In this document: positions 7,750 through 17,591 of the stretch, one piece after another
Layout of the letters: each line of letters opens with the position of its first letter
Position numbering within the stretch: position 1 is the stretch's first letter
DNA from: Oscillospiraceae bacterium
Lineage (GTDB): Bacteria > Bacillota > Clostridia > Oscillospirales > Oscillospiraceae
Direction of reading: 5' to 3'
DNA length: 43,001 bases
Assembly (NCBI GenBank): GCA_045543215.1
Contig: JAZQMD010000149.1
Coordinates: 1-43,001 of the forward strand
The notes under the pieces: model-generated
Seen by the model: the letters and a program-made list of their open reading frames with translations, nothing else
What the model was told of the DNA's origin: nothing
Database searches by the model: none
Made by a program: the position numbers and the translations under genes

Positions 7750-9144
7750 ATGAAACTCTGGGCCGGACGCTTTCAGAAAGAAACAGACACCCTGGTCAAT
7801 GACTTTAATTCCTCCATTGCCTTTGATGCCAGGCTGTATCAGCAGGATATTGCCGGCTCCATCGCCCATGCTGACATGCTGGGCAAGACGGGGATCATTG
7901 AAGTGGAGGAGGCAGAAAAGATTATTCGGGGACTCAAGGCTATTCTGACCGACATTGAGGGTGGACAGGTAGAGTTCTCCCTGGACAATGAGGACATTCA
8001 CATGAATATTGAAGCCTTGCTTACTCAGCGTATTGGGGCCACGGGTAAGCGGCTGCACACCGCGCGCTCTCGTAACGACCAGGTGGCTACCGATTTCCGC
8101 CTTTATGTCAAAGAGCAGATTACGGTGATTGTGGGGATGATCCTGGATCTGGAGCAGGTGCTCATTAAAAAGGCAGAGGAAAATCTGGACACTGTTATGC
8201 CGGGCTATACCCATCTTCAGCGGGCCCAGCCAACCACCTTCGCCCACTATATGATGGCCTATGCCAACATGCTAAAGCGAGATGTTACCCGCTTGGAGGA
8301 CTGCCTTGAGCGCTTGGACGAGTGTCCCTTGGGGGCGGGCGCTTTGGCAACCTCTACTTATCAGGTGGATCGGTTCCTTACTGCCGCCGCCCTGGGCTTT
8401 TCCCGGCCTACCGACAATTCCATGGATTCAGTTTCCGACCGGGATTATGCCATTGAATTTTTGTCTGCCTGTTCTATCCTTATGATGCACTTGTCTCGTT
8501 TTTCTGAAGAGATCATCCTGTGGTGTTCCTGGGAGTTCAAGTACGCAGACCTGGACGATGCCTATTCCACAGGCTCATCCATTATGCCCCAGAAGAAGAA
8601 CCCGGATGTGGCTGAGTTGGTGCGGGGTAAGACCGGTCGGGTATACGGGTCGCTTATAGCGTTGCTGACTGTTATGAAAGGCTTGCCTCTGGCCTATAAC
8701 AAAGATATGCAGGAGGATAAGGAGCCGGTGTTCGATACGATAGATACTGTTCAGATGTGTTTGCCTGTGTTTACAGCAATGCTGAATACGCTTACCGTTC
8801 GACCTAAGAACATGCAGAAGGCGGCCTCAGGCGGTTTTATTAATGCCACCGACTGTGCCGATTACCTGGTAAAGAAGGGGATGCCCTTCCGAGAGGCTTA
8901 TATGATTGTGGGCCGTCTGGTAAACATGTGTATTAAGTCTGGTGAGAGTCTGGACACCTTGCCCCTGAAGGATTTTCGCGCTATCTCCGGTCTGTTTGCA
9001 GAGGACGTGTATCAGGCTCTGGAGCTGCGCACCTGTGTCAATGGCCGCACGGTCTATGGTGGCCCAGGCAAAGAGAGTGTTCAGACCCAGATCGGCCGGA
9101 TAAAAGAGTTTGTGCAAGTAAGACAGAAGGATGAAACAGGGTGA
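7750..9144 (+). CDS. argH: Argininosuccinate lyase
   Basis: 464 aa. Starts MKLWAGRF. Fumarate-lyase signature GSSIMPQKKNPD. Confidence 0.97.
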   Translation: MKLWAGRFQKETDTLVNDFNSSIAFDARLYQQDIAGSIAHADMLGKTGIIEVEEAEKIIRGLKAILTDIEGGQVEFSLDNEDIHMNIEALLTQRIGATGKRLHTARSRNDQVATDFRLYVKEQITVIVGMILDLEQVLIKKAEENLDTVMPGYTHLQRAQPTTFAHYMMAYANMLKRDVTRLEDCLERLDECPLGAGALATSTYQVDRFLTAAALGFSRPTDNSMDSVSDRDYAIEFLSACSILMMHLSRFSEEIILWCSWEFKYADLDDAYSTGSSIMPQKKNPDVAELVRGKTGRVYGSLIALLTVMKGLPLAYNKDMQEDKEPVFDTIDTVQMCLPVFTAMLNTLTVRPKNMQKAASGGFINATDCADYLVKKGMPFREAYMIVGRLVNMCIKSGESLDTLPLKDFRAISGLFAEDVYQALELRTCVNGRTVYGGPGKESVQTQIGRIKEFVQVRQKDETG

Positions 9145-9150
9145 GCAGAT

Positions 9151-10122
9151 ATGGCAAAGCCTAAAATCTACATTGACGGTAAGGAGGGCACTACCGGGCT
9201 TCAAATTTACAGTCGACTGGCAGCCCGGGAGGATATTGAACTGCTTATCATTGATGAGGATAAGCGCAAGGATGAGGGGGAGAGAAAACGGCTCATGGAT
9301 GAGGCTGATCTGGTCTTTCTTTGCTTGCCCGATGAGGCGGCCCGACAGGCGGTAGAAATGATTGATTTTGAATGTACGCGGGTCATTGATGCTTCCACTG
9401 CTCACCGTACTGCGGTGGGGTGGGTGTATGGTTTCCCAGAGCTTACCGGCCAGCGTGAGAAGATTCGGACTGCCTCAAAAGTGGCAAACCCCGGTTGTCA
9501 CGCGACCGGTTTTATCAGTATTGTCCGACCATTGGTGGAGTTGGGCCTGCTGCCAAATAGTGCGGCCCTATCCTGCTTTTCTCTCACCGGTTACTCTGGT
9601 GGAGGGAAGCAGATGATCCAGGAGTACGAGGGACAGGAGAAAAAATTTACGTTATATAGTCCTAATATTTATGGAATAGCTCAGAACCATAAGCATTTGC
9701 TTGAGATGCAGAAGATGTGTGATTTGTCTTATCAACCTGTGTTTTCCCCTATTGTGAATGACTACTATAAGGGGATGGCTACGACAGTACCATTTCATAT
9801 GGAGCAACTACGTAAGGGATATACCCTCCATAGTGTATGGAGGGCATTGTTTGACTACTATGGTGGATATGACGGGCAAAAGGTAGTTTATGTAACTGGT
9901 GATCCCACAGATGAGAAGGGGGAAATCCAGCCAGACTCCAAAATTTACAGCAGCGCAATGGCGGGAAAGGATAGCTTGGTCCTTGTTGTAGCCGGCAATG
10001 ACAAGCGGTTTACCATCACCGCCCTTTTTGATAATTTAGGGAAAGGAGCTTCTGGAGCAGCAGTTCAAAATATGAACCTGATGCTGGGCTTTGACGAAAG
10101 GATTGCTTTAGCGGTAAAATGA
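9151..10122 (+). CDS. argC: N-acetyl-gamma-glutamyl-phosphate reductase (short, type-2 ArgC)
   Basis: 323 aa. GTTGLQ NAD(P)-binding N-terminus and catalytic Cys in NPGCHATG. Confidence 0.9.
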   Translation: MAKPKIYIDGKEGTTGLQIYSRLAAREDIELLIIDEDKRKDEGERKRLMDEADLVFLCLPDEAARQAVEMIDFECTRVIDASTAHRTAVGWVYGFPELTGQREKIRTASKVANPGCHATGFISIVRPLVELGLLPNSAALSCFSLTGYSGGGKQMIQEYEGQEKKFTLYSPNIYGIAQNHKHLLEMQKMCDLSYQPVFSPIVNDYYKGMATTVPFHMEQLRKGYTLHSVWRALFDYYGGYDGQKVVYVTGDPTDEKGEIQPDSKIYSSAMAGKDSLVLVVAGNDKRFTITALFDNLGKGASGAAVQNMNLMLGFDERIALAVK

Positions 10123-10161
10123 AAAAACTAGGGATATTGGCCCTGTTTGGAGGGATTTGGG

Positions 10162-11382
10162 ATGAAAGAGGTTCAAGGTGGAATTACCGCCCCCAGGGGA
10201 TTTCGGGCGGCAGGGATTCACTGTGGGGTGAAAAAGGGTAGCAATTTGGAGAAAAAGGACCTGGCAATGATTCTCTCCGATTGTGAGTGTGAGGCGGCGG
10301 CTACCTACACCATGAACCGGGTGAAGGCAGCCCCTTTATACATCACCATGGATCACCTGGAGGACGGTGTGCTCCGTGGAGTGGTGATCAACAGCGGGAA
10401 TGCAAACGCTTGTGCTCCAAACGGTCATGAGCATGCCCGGTCCATGTGTCAGGCGGCGGCGATAGCCACCGGCCTGAAGGAGCGAGACTTTGCTGTAGCT
10501 TCTACCGGGGTAATTGGACAGGAGCTGAATATTGAGGCAATCCAGGAGAGTATGCCTGAACTGGTGGCCCGGCTTTCCGGACAGGGTTCTGATGAGGCGG
10601 CCCGGGCTATTATGACCACGGATACGGTGAAAAAGGAGCTTGCCGTTACTATTGAAATCGGGGGCAAGCTGGTGACCATTGGGGCTATTGCCAAGGGCTC
10701 GGGCATGATCCATCCCAACATGGGTACTATGCTGGCATTTATTACGACCGACTGCGCGATTACCGATGATATGCTGCAGGAGGCCCTTCATGATGTTGTT
10801 CCCCGTACCTTTAATAGGGTTACTGTGGATGGGGATACGTCCACCAATGATATGTGCCTGGTGTTGGCCAACGGATTGGCAGGAAACGGGCAGATCGAGT
10901 GGAAGGATGACGATTATGATCTATTCTGCAAGGCGCTTCGCTACATATGTGAGTATTTGGCGCGGGCTATTGCTGCAGACGGAGAGGGAGCCAGTCGCCT
11001 GGTTACCTGTACGGTACGTAACGCCCGCAGTGAGGAGACTGCCGAGCGTTTGGCCAAGTCAGTGGTAGGCTCACCTCTGGTAAAGGCGGCTATGTTCGGA
11101 GCGGATGCAAACTGGGGGCGGGTGCTATGTGCCATGGGCTATTCCAAGGCCCCCTTCCGTCCGGAGTATGTGGATATAAAATTTTCCTCTGATCTGGGGG
11201 AGGTGTTGGTTTGTAAACAGGGGACAGGGCTTGATTTTGACGAGGAATTGGCCAGGAAGGTTCTCAGTCGGGACGAGGTAATCATTGACGTGGGCCTCAA
11301 CGAAGGAGCGCATACCGTATCCTGTTGGGGATGTGATTTAACCTATGAGTATGTGAAGATTAACGGCGACTACCGGACTTGA
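10162..11382 (+). CDS. argJ: Bifunctional ornithine acetyltransferase / N-acetylglutamate synthase
   Basis: Autoprocessing site HPNMGTMLAFITTD. The start is taken at ATG 10162 (GGAGGGA SD at 10149-10155). The track ORF starts at TTG 10147. Confidence 0.93.
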   Translation: MKEVQGGITAPRGFRAAGIHCGVKKGSNLEKKDLAMILSDCECEAAATYTMNRVKAAPLYITMDHLEDGVLRGVVINSGNANACAPNGHEHARSMCQAAAIATGLKERDFAVASTGVIGQELNIEAIQESMPELVARLSGQGSDEAARAIMTTDTVKKELAVTIEIGGKLVTIGAIAKGSGMIHPNMGTMLAFITTDCAITDDMLQEALHDVVPRTFNRVTVDGDTSTNDMCLVLANGLAGNGQIEWKDDDYDLFCKALRYICEYLARAIAADGEGASRLVTCTVRNARSEETAERLAKSVVGSPLVKAAMFGADANWGRVLCAMGYSKAPFRPEYVDIKFSSDLGEVLVCKQGTGLDFDEELARKVLSRDEVIIDVGLNEGAHTVSCWGCDLTYEYVKINGDYRT

Positions 11383-11469
11383 AGGCCGGGGATCTCCCGG
11401 GAAAAGACAGATAATCGATATAATTAATTTTCAAGGGTGCGAAAACGGAATTTTTGGAGTGGATGAGTC

Positions 11470-12327
11470 ATGCCCTATTCTTATACGGAACGCGCGCAGG
11501 TGCTGGTGGAGGCCCTGCCTTATATCCAGAAATTTACCGGTAAAACTGTGGTGATTAAATACGGTGGAAACGCTATGATCTCTGATGAATTGCGCCATGC
11601 GGTGATCTCCGATATTATTCTGCTCAACTTGGTGGGTATCCGGGTGGTGGTGGTTCATGGCGGTGGGCCGGAGATCAATGACATGCTCAAAAAGATTGGT
11701 AAGCAATCCAAATTTGTGGATGGCTTGCGCTATACTGATCGGGAAACCATGGATATCGTTCAGCAGGTGCTGTGCGGCAAAGTGAATAAGGACTTGGTTG
11801 GCACCATCAATTGCACAGGAGGAAAGGCCATCGGATTGTGCGGTATGGACGGGGGTATGTTCAAGGCAGTATGCCTGGATGAAAAATACGGCCTGGTAGG
11901 GGAGATTAGGGAGGTTGATCCTACAATTGTGGAGGACTGCCTCAATGCCGGCTATATTCCGGTGGTGTCCACCGTAGCCCAGGGCGAGGATGGGCAAACT
12001 GCGTACAACGTTAATGCGGATACTGCTGCAGCTAAACTGGCTGTGGCTATTGGGGCAGAGAAGCTGGTTCTCCTTACCGATGTACGGGGCCTGTTGCGCA
12101 ATCCAAAGGATGACTCCACCCTCATCAATGTGGTTCGGGTGTCTGAAGTGCCTGGTCTGGTGAAGGACGGTATGATCTCCGGCGGCATGACTCCCAAGGT
12201 GGACTGCTGTGTGGAGGCAGTACGCTCCGGTGTAGACCGCACTCATATTCTGGATGGACGCATCCCACATGCTATTCTCATTGAGATGCTTTCCGACCAG
12301 GGCGTTGGAACCATGCTACTAAAGTAA
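11470..12327 (+). CDS. argB: Acetylglutamate kinase
   Basis: 285 aa. VVIKYGGNAM amino-acid-kinase motif and VVVHGGGPEIN. Confidence 0.95.
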   Translation: MPYSYTERAQVLVEALPYIQKFTGKTVVIKYGGNAMISDELRHAVISDIILLNLVGIRVVVVHGGGPEINDMLKKIGKQSKFVDGLRYTDRETMDIVQQVLCGKVNKDLVGTINCTGGKAIGLCGMDGGMFKAVCLDEKYGLVGEIREVDPTIVEDCLNAGYIPVVSTVAQGEDGQTAYNVNADTAAAKLAVAIGAEKLVLLTDVRGLLRNPKDDSTLINVVRVSEVPGLVKDGMISGGMTPKVDCCVEAVRSGVDRTHILDGRIPHAILIEMLSDQGVGTMLLK

Positions 12328-12333
12328 AGGAGA

Positions 12334-13518
12334 ATGTCCGTGGATCACAAAGAACTGGTCTGTTTGGATCACCAATACATCATTCAGACCTATGGCCGAA
12401 ACGATGTGGATATCGATCATGGCAGCAATGCCACGCTATACGACCTTGCAGGAAAGCAGTATATTGATTTTGCTTCTGGTATTGGAGTGCTCAGTGTGGG
12501 TATGGCTCATGAGAAGTGGGTGGCTGCAGTCACCGATCAAGCGGCAAAACTAGGTCACGTATCCAATTTATTCTACTCACAGCCTTCTGTAAAGCTGGCG
12601 CAGCAGCTTTGTACCCGCTCCGGAATGGCAGCGGCCTTTTTTGCCAATTCCGGAGCGGAGGCAAATGAGGGGATCATCAAGCTGGCCCGCAAGTATTCTT
12701 TTGACAAGTACGGTATGGGCCGATCCACTATCCTGACCCTGAAGAACTCCTTCCACGGCCGCACGATTACAACCCTTAATGCCACTGGCCAGGACGTGTT
12801 TCACAATTATTTTTTTCCCTTTACTGAGGGTTTCCGTTACGCAGACCCAGATCTGGAAGGGATTAAAGAGGTAGCCGGGCACGATGTTTGTGCTGTTTTA
12901 GTGGAACTGGTGCAGGGGGAGGGCGGAGTGCTTCCCCTGGATAAGACCTTTGTTCAAGCTTTGGCAGAGCTATGTGCCGAGCGAGACTGGCTATTATTGG
13001 TGGACGAGGTGCAGACGGGAATTGGCCGTACCGGTTCGTTGTTTGCCTTTCAGCAGTACGGTATTGTGCCGGACGCAGCCTCCTTTGCCAAAGGAATTGC
13101 CGGTGGTTTGCCCATGGGTGGTTTTTTGGTCAACGAGGGCTGCCGAAAAGTACTCACGGCAGGTACTCATGCTACCACGTTTGGTGGAAATCCCATCTGT
13201 GCCGCTGCTGGCTGTGCCGTACTGGATATTCTGGATGACGCTACTCTGGTTCAGGTCCGGAAGAAGGGAGAGTATCTGCGTTCAAGGATTGAGGCCATGA
13301 GGCTACCCTGCTTGGGGCAGACCCGGGGGCTGGGGCTGATGATTGGCGTGGAAGTGACCGAGGGATACGGGAACAAAGAGTTGTGCGCCAAGCTCAATCA
13401 GGCGGGATTGCTTTCTCTTACTGCCGGGAAGGGATTGCGCTTCCTTCCGCCTTTAACCATCACCCAGGAGGAGATGGACAAGGGATTGACCATTTTAAAT
13501 GGGGTGTTGTGCGCCTAA
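12334..13518 (+). CDS. argD: Acetylornithine aminotransferase (class III PLP aminotransferase)
   Basis: 394 aa. DEVQTGIGRTG and the PLP-lysine context SFAKGIAGG. The SD AAGGAG abuts ATG 12334, so GTG 12340 is a possible alternative start. Confidence 0.92.
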   Translation: MSVDHKELVCLDHQYIIQTYGRNDVDIDHGSNATLYDLAGKQYIDFASGIGVLSVGMAHEKWVAAVTDQAAKLGHVSNLFYSQPSVKLAQQLCTRSGMAAAFFANSGAEANEGIIKLARKYSFDKYGMGRSTILTLKNSFHGRTITTLNATGQDVFHNYFFPFTEGFRYADPDLEGIKEVAGHDVCAVLVELVQGEGGVLPLDKTFVQALAELCAERDWLLLVDEVQTGIGRTGSLFAFQQYGIVPDAASFAKGIAGGLPMGGFLVNEGCRKVLTAGTHATTFGGNPICAAAGCAVLDILDDATLVQVRKKGEYLRSRIEAMRLPCLGQTRGLGLMIGVEVTEGYGNKELCAKLNQAGLLSLTAGKGLRFLPPLTITQEEMDKGLTILNGVLCA

Positions 13519-13541
13519 TTTTGAGAAAAGGGGTTGAAACC

Positions 13542-14459
13542 ATGCAAAAGGATCTACTGAAACTGCTGGACCTCTCCCGAGAGGAAATTTTGAATATCCT
13601 GGATGTGGGCGACCAGATGAAATACGACCAAAAACACGGTCTTATCCACAACCGGCTCCAGGGTAAAACGCTGGCTATGATTTTTGAGAAAAATTCTACT
13701 CGTACCCGGGTTTCCTTTGAGGTTGGAATGTATCAGCTGGGTGGGCATGCCCTCTTTCTTTCAGGGAAGGAGAGCCAGATCGGCCGGGGGGAGCCTATTG
13801 AGGATACTGCCCGGGTGCTCTCCCGGTACTGTGACGGTATCATGATCCGTACCTATGCTCAGCAGTCAGTGGAGACTTTGGCGAAACATGCTTCCATCCC
13901 TGTTATTAATGGACTGACCGATTTTTCCCATCCTTGCCAGGTATTGGCGGATCTTATGACGATTCGGGAGAAAATGACTCGGCTGGATGGGTTGAAGTTA
14001 TGCTTCATTGGGGACGGCAACAATATGGCTAACTCCCTCATTGTGGGAGGACTAAAGTGTGGCATGGACGTATCGGTGGCCTGTCCCGAGGGGTATGATC
14101 CAGATGCCAGGGTACTGGATTTTGCTAAGACAGTGACAGACGCGAAGTTTCAACTATGCCGAAAGCCGGAGCAGGCCGCTATTGATGCCGATGTAGTGGT
14201 TACAGATGTGTGGGCCTCCATGGGACAGGAGGAGGAAAAGGCCAAGCGGGAGAAGGCCTTTTCCGGTTATCAGGTAAACAATGCTTTGATGGAACTGACC
14301 CATCCAGGCTGCATGATACAGCACTGCCTTCCGGCTCATAAGGGGGAAGAAATTACAGCAGAGGTCTTTGAGGCCCACGCAAATGAGATATTTGAGGAGG
14401 CGGAGAATCGTCTCCATGTTCAGAAGGCAGTCATGTATTTGCTTATGGGGGCAAAGTAA
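13542..14459 (+). CDS. argF: Ornithine carbamoyltransferase
   Basis: STRTR, HPCQ and HCLP motifs. The start is taken at MQKDLLKLLDL (ATG 13542). The track ORF from 13383 overlaps argD and its first 53 aa look non-coding. Confidence 0.95.
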   Translation: MQKDLLKLLDLSREEILNILDVGDQMKYDQKHGLIHNRLQGKTLAMIFEKNSTRTRVSFEVGMYQLGGHALFLSGKESQIGRGEPIEDTARVLSRYCDGIMIRTYAQQSVETLAKHASIPVINGLTDFSHPCQVLADLMTIREKMTRLDGLKLCFIGDGNNMANSLIVGGLKCGMDVSVACPEGYDPDARVLDFAKTVTDAKFQLCRKPEQAAIDADVVVTDVWASMGQEEEKAKREKAFSGYQVNNALMELTHPGCMIQHCLPAHKGEEITAEVFEAHANEIFEEAENRLHVQKAVMYLLMGAK

Positions 14460-14483
14460 AATTTTACATATGATTAAAATAAA

Positions 14484-14520
14484 AGTCAGCCTGATTTTTA
14501 TAACCCAGGCTGGCTTTTTA
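14484..14520. terminator. Bidirectional terminator between argF and ireB
   Basis: CAGCCTG (14486-14492) pairs with CAGGCTG (14506-14512). The stem is flanked by an A-run upstream and GCTTTTTATTTTT downstream. Confidence 0.6.
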
Positions 14521-14523
14521 TTT

Positions 14524-14772
14524 TTATTCAGATAAATAGCTTTTTAGCAGGGTCTGGAGTAACTCATCGCGATCGATTTTACGAATAAGGGTTCGGGCAC
14601 CGTTGTAATTGGTAATATAGGTGGGATCCTCGGAAAGGATATAGCCCACGATTTGATTGATGGGGTTGTAGCCCTTCTCCTGTAAGGCGTTATAAACTGA
14701 GGTCAGCGCTATCTTGATTTCATCATCCTTATCGTAATTCAAGCTAAATTTCCGGGTATAATCCATCTCCAT
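14524..14772 (-). CDS. ireB: IreB-family regulatory phosphoprotein (UPF0297)
   Basis: [38 protein letters not shown] matches the conserved UPF0297/IreB core. The start is taken at the ATG at 14772, with GGGAGG 8 nt upstream. The track start (GTG 14781) abuts the SD. Confidence 0.85.
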   Translation of the reverse strand: MEMDYTRKFSLNYDKDDEIKIALTSVYNALQEKGYNPINQIVGYILSEDPTYITNYNGARTLIRKIDRDELLQTLLKSYLSE

Positions 14773-14873
14773 CCGGCGCACCTCCCAAAAGGTTTATGTC
14801 ATCATTGTAGCCCAATTGCAGAAGACTGTCAAATGAAAACCATAAACTTTTTAAAAAATTGTAAAGAATGGGG

Positions 14874-17573
14874 CTAGCGCAAAATGGCTCCAAACTTCGT
14901 TTCCAGTTCAGTTAAAATATGCTTCACATCCTCATCAGCTTGTTCGCCGGTGAGAGAGCGGTCATCGGCCCGGAGGGTGAGGTTAAAGGCGACTGACTTT
15001 TTGCCCTCTGGAACCCCCTTGCCGCGATAGATATCAAAGAGTTCTATTTTTTTCAGAAAACCTTTAGTTCCACGGCTGATGCAGGCTTCCAAAGCTCCCA
15101 CAGTAATCTCATCATCGCACACCAGGGCGATGTCCCGAATGACCGAGGGAAACTTGGGCAGTGGTAGATATTCCGCATCGGCCCCCTTAGCTAAAAATAA
15201 CTCCTCAAAGAAAAGCTCGGCGCAGTAGAGAGGAGCGTCCACACTATAATTACGGGCTGTCAAAGGATGAATCTGACCAAACATACCCAGACAGTTGCTG
15301 CCGTTCCAAACGGTGGCGCAACGACCGGGATGGTAGGAGCGTCCCAGGGGATTGTCCTGGGCGATAGGCAGGAAACGTATCTCCTTAACTCGGATATCCT
15401 CTAAAATTGCCTCAATAGTTCCTTTTAGGACAAAGAAGTCCATATCATCCCCATAGGCTCCTAGAGTAAGCACTTTTGCTTCGTTGGCCAAGCCGTTCTC
15501 ACCATCCGGGAGGTAGACGCGACCTAGTTCATAAAGTTTGACAGACTTGTTGCGGTAATTGTAGTTGCGAGTTAGGATTTCCAGCATGGAGGGCAGAGTG
15601 GTGGTGCGCATGATGGAGGTATCCTCTCCCAGGGGGTTCAGGATTTTGAGGGACTTGCGCAGATGAAAATCCTCAGGCCAGCGAATCTTGTTATAATATG
15701 AAGGGGAGATAAAGGAATAGGTGATGATTTCGCTGTACCCGCAGGTACGGCACAGGGCGCCCAGCTGGTTTTCCATCTGCTGTCTGGGAGAATAGCCGCC
15801 CTGGGTGGTCTGGCCCTGCATGGGGGTGGCGGGGATGTTGTTATAGCCGTAGAACCTGGCCACCTCCTCAGCCAGGTCGGCCATGGTGGACACGTCCCCA
15901 CGCCAGGATGGTACGCAGACGGTGTTTCCCTCCGTCTGGAATCCAAGCTTGGTAAGGATACTGATCATTTCTTCGGTGGATACATCGGTACCCAGGAGGG
16001 CATTAATTTTCCCTGGTTCCAGCTTAAGGATGGTTGGCTGAGGAACATGGTTGAGGATATCAATGATTCCATCCACAACATGGCCGGCCCCCAATAACTC
16101 CACCAGTTCGCAGGCCCGATTGACGGCGGGAAGGGTGTTCATAGGGTCCAGTCCCTTTTCAAACTTGGCAGATGCTTCGGTGCGCATGCCTAGAGCCAAA
16201 GCTGTTTTACGAATGGAGGTTCCATCAAAACAGGCGGACTCAAACACCACGTCCACGGTGTCGTTCACAATTTCGCTATTTTCCCCACCCATAATGCCTG
16301 CCAGACCAACTGCCCGGTCTTCATCGGCAATAACCAGCATAGTACAGTCCAGTTTGCGTACATTGCCGTCCAGTGTGGTAAGCTCCTCCCCTTCATGGGC
16401 CCGGCGTACGATGATATGTCCACCTTTCACATATCGGTAGTCAAAGGCGTGCATGGGTTGACCGTACTCCAGCATAACGTAGTTGGTGATGTCCACAATA
16501 TTATTAATAGGCCGTATGCCCATAGCCCGTAGCCGCTCCCGCATCCATTTTGGGGAGGGGGCGATCTTCACGTTACGCACCATACGGGCGGTGTAACGAG
16601 GGCATAGATCGGTATCAGAAGTGGTAACTTCCAGTAGATCGGCCAGTGACCCATCGGCCCCGCCCTTAACCATCGGTTCATGGAGGATAAGGTGAGTACC
16701 AAAGGTGGCGGCCGCCTCCCGGGCTAGACCAATGATGGACAGGCAGTCGGGACGATTGGGGGTGATCTCGAACTCCACGATCTGATCGTCTGCGCCAATG
16801 ATAGGTTTGATATCATCACCTGGCTTTATCCCATCCTCCTGGAGGACAAAGATACCGTCGGGAATACAGTGAGGAAACTCCGCCTGCTGGGCGTGAAGAT
16901 CAGCTAGAGTACAGATACGCTCTTTCTCCGTGTCCAATGCTATCATGTCGTGGGGGTGAATGTTGGCGCAGTTGGTGGTCACGGTGTGCTGTTGATCACC
17001 GCTGTTGCAGACGATGACATACTGGCTGTCGACGGATTCTACGGATAAAACAAGAGCAGCCTTCACCTTACCAAAGATGGGATGGCCTGGGGAAACACCA
17101 TTGGGAATAGAGGGGTTCTCTGGGTCCAGGGGCTTATAATCGTTGAGCAAGGCGGCGGCAGTAATGACAGCGTAGGGGAAATCACGCTCATCCAGATTCA
17201 GCTCCTTCAGGGAGCATAGCATACCGTTGGACAGCACGCCGCGCAGCTTGCCTTTTTCAATCTTTTTGCCGCCGGGGAGAAGGGACTTGTGCAGAGCTAC
17301 AGGAACCATGTCTCCCTCATGTATGTTCCAGGCGCCGGTGACGATTTGGACAGGTTCCATTTGTCCTACATCTATCTGACACACCCACATATGGTCGCTG
17401 TCCGGGTGGCGTACCATGGACAAGATTTGGCCTACAACAACGTTTTTAATCTCGGCTCCCAGGTCAGTGGTAATCTCCACCTTGGAGCCGGAGAGGGTCA
17501 TAGCTTCTGCAAATTCTTTCGGGGAGGCATTGACCGTGACAAATTCATGAAGCCATTTACGGGATAAATTCAT
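14874..17573 (-). CDS. pheT: Phenylalanine--tRNA ligase beta subunit, carrying an extra ~100-aa insertion
   Basis: 899 aa. N-terminal tRNA-binding OB domain (HPDSDHMWVCQIDVG, KLRGVLSNGMLCS), TPNRPDCLS B3/4 block, C-terminal FDX-ACB-like end. AAGGAG SD upstream, immediately downstream of pheS. Confidence 0.95.
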   Translation of the reverse strand: MNLSRKWLHEFVTVNASPKEFAEAMTLSGSKVEITTDLGAEIKNVVVGQILSMVRHPDSDHMWVCQIDVGQMEPVQIVTGAWNIHEGDMVPVALHKSLLPGGKKIEKGKLRGVLSNGMLCSLKELNLDERDFPYAVITAAALLNDYKPLDPENPSIPNGVSPGHPIFGKVKAALVLSVESVDSQYVIVCNSGDQQHTVTTNCANIHPHDMIALDTEKERICTLADLHAQQAEFPHCIPDGIFVLQEDGIKPGDDIKPIIGADDQIVEFEITPNRPDCLSIIGLAREAAATFGTHLILHEPMVKGGADGSLADLLEVTTSDTDLCPRYTARMVRNVKIAPSPKWMRERLRAMGIRPINNIVDITNYVMLEYGQPMHAFDYRYVKGGHIIVRRAHEGEELTTLDGNVRKLDCTMLVIADEDRAVGLAGIMGGENSEIVNDTVDVVFESACFDGTSIRKTALALGMRTEASAKFEKGLDPMNTLPAVNRACELVELLGAGHVVDGIIDILNHVPQPTILKLEPGKINALLGTDVSTEEMISILTKLGFQTEGNTVCVPSWRGDVSTMADLAEEVARFYGYNNIPATPMQGQTTQGGYSPRQQMENQLGALCRTCGYSEIITYSFISPSYYNKIRWPEDFHLRKSLKILNPLGEDTSIMRTTTLPSMLEILTRNYNYRNKSVKLYELGRVYLPDGENGLANEAKVLTLGAYGDDMDFFVLKGTIEAILEDIRVKEIRFLPIAQDNPLGRSYHPGRCATVWNGSNCLGMFGQIHPLTARNYSVDAPLYCAELFFEELFLAKGADAEYLPLPKFPSVIRDIALVCDDEITVGALEACISRGTKGFLKKIELFDIYRGKGVPEGKKSVAFNLTLRADDRSLTGEQADEDVKHILTELETKFGAILR

Positions 17574-17591
17574 GGTTGATACACTCCTTTC

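Noticed and set aside
13383-13541. Upstream extension of argF (track start at 13383)
   Set aside because: The extension overlaps the argD 3' end in another frame. The conserved OTCase N-terminus begins at MQKDLL (13542).
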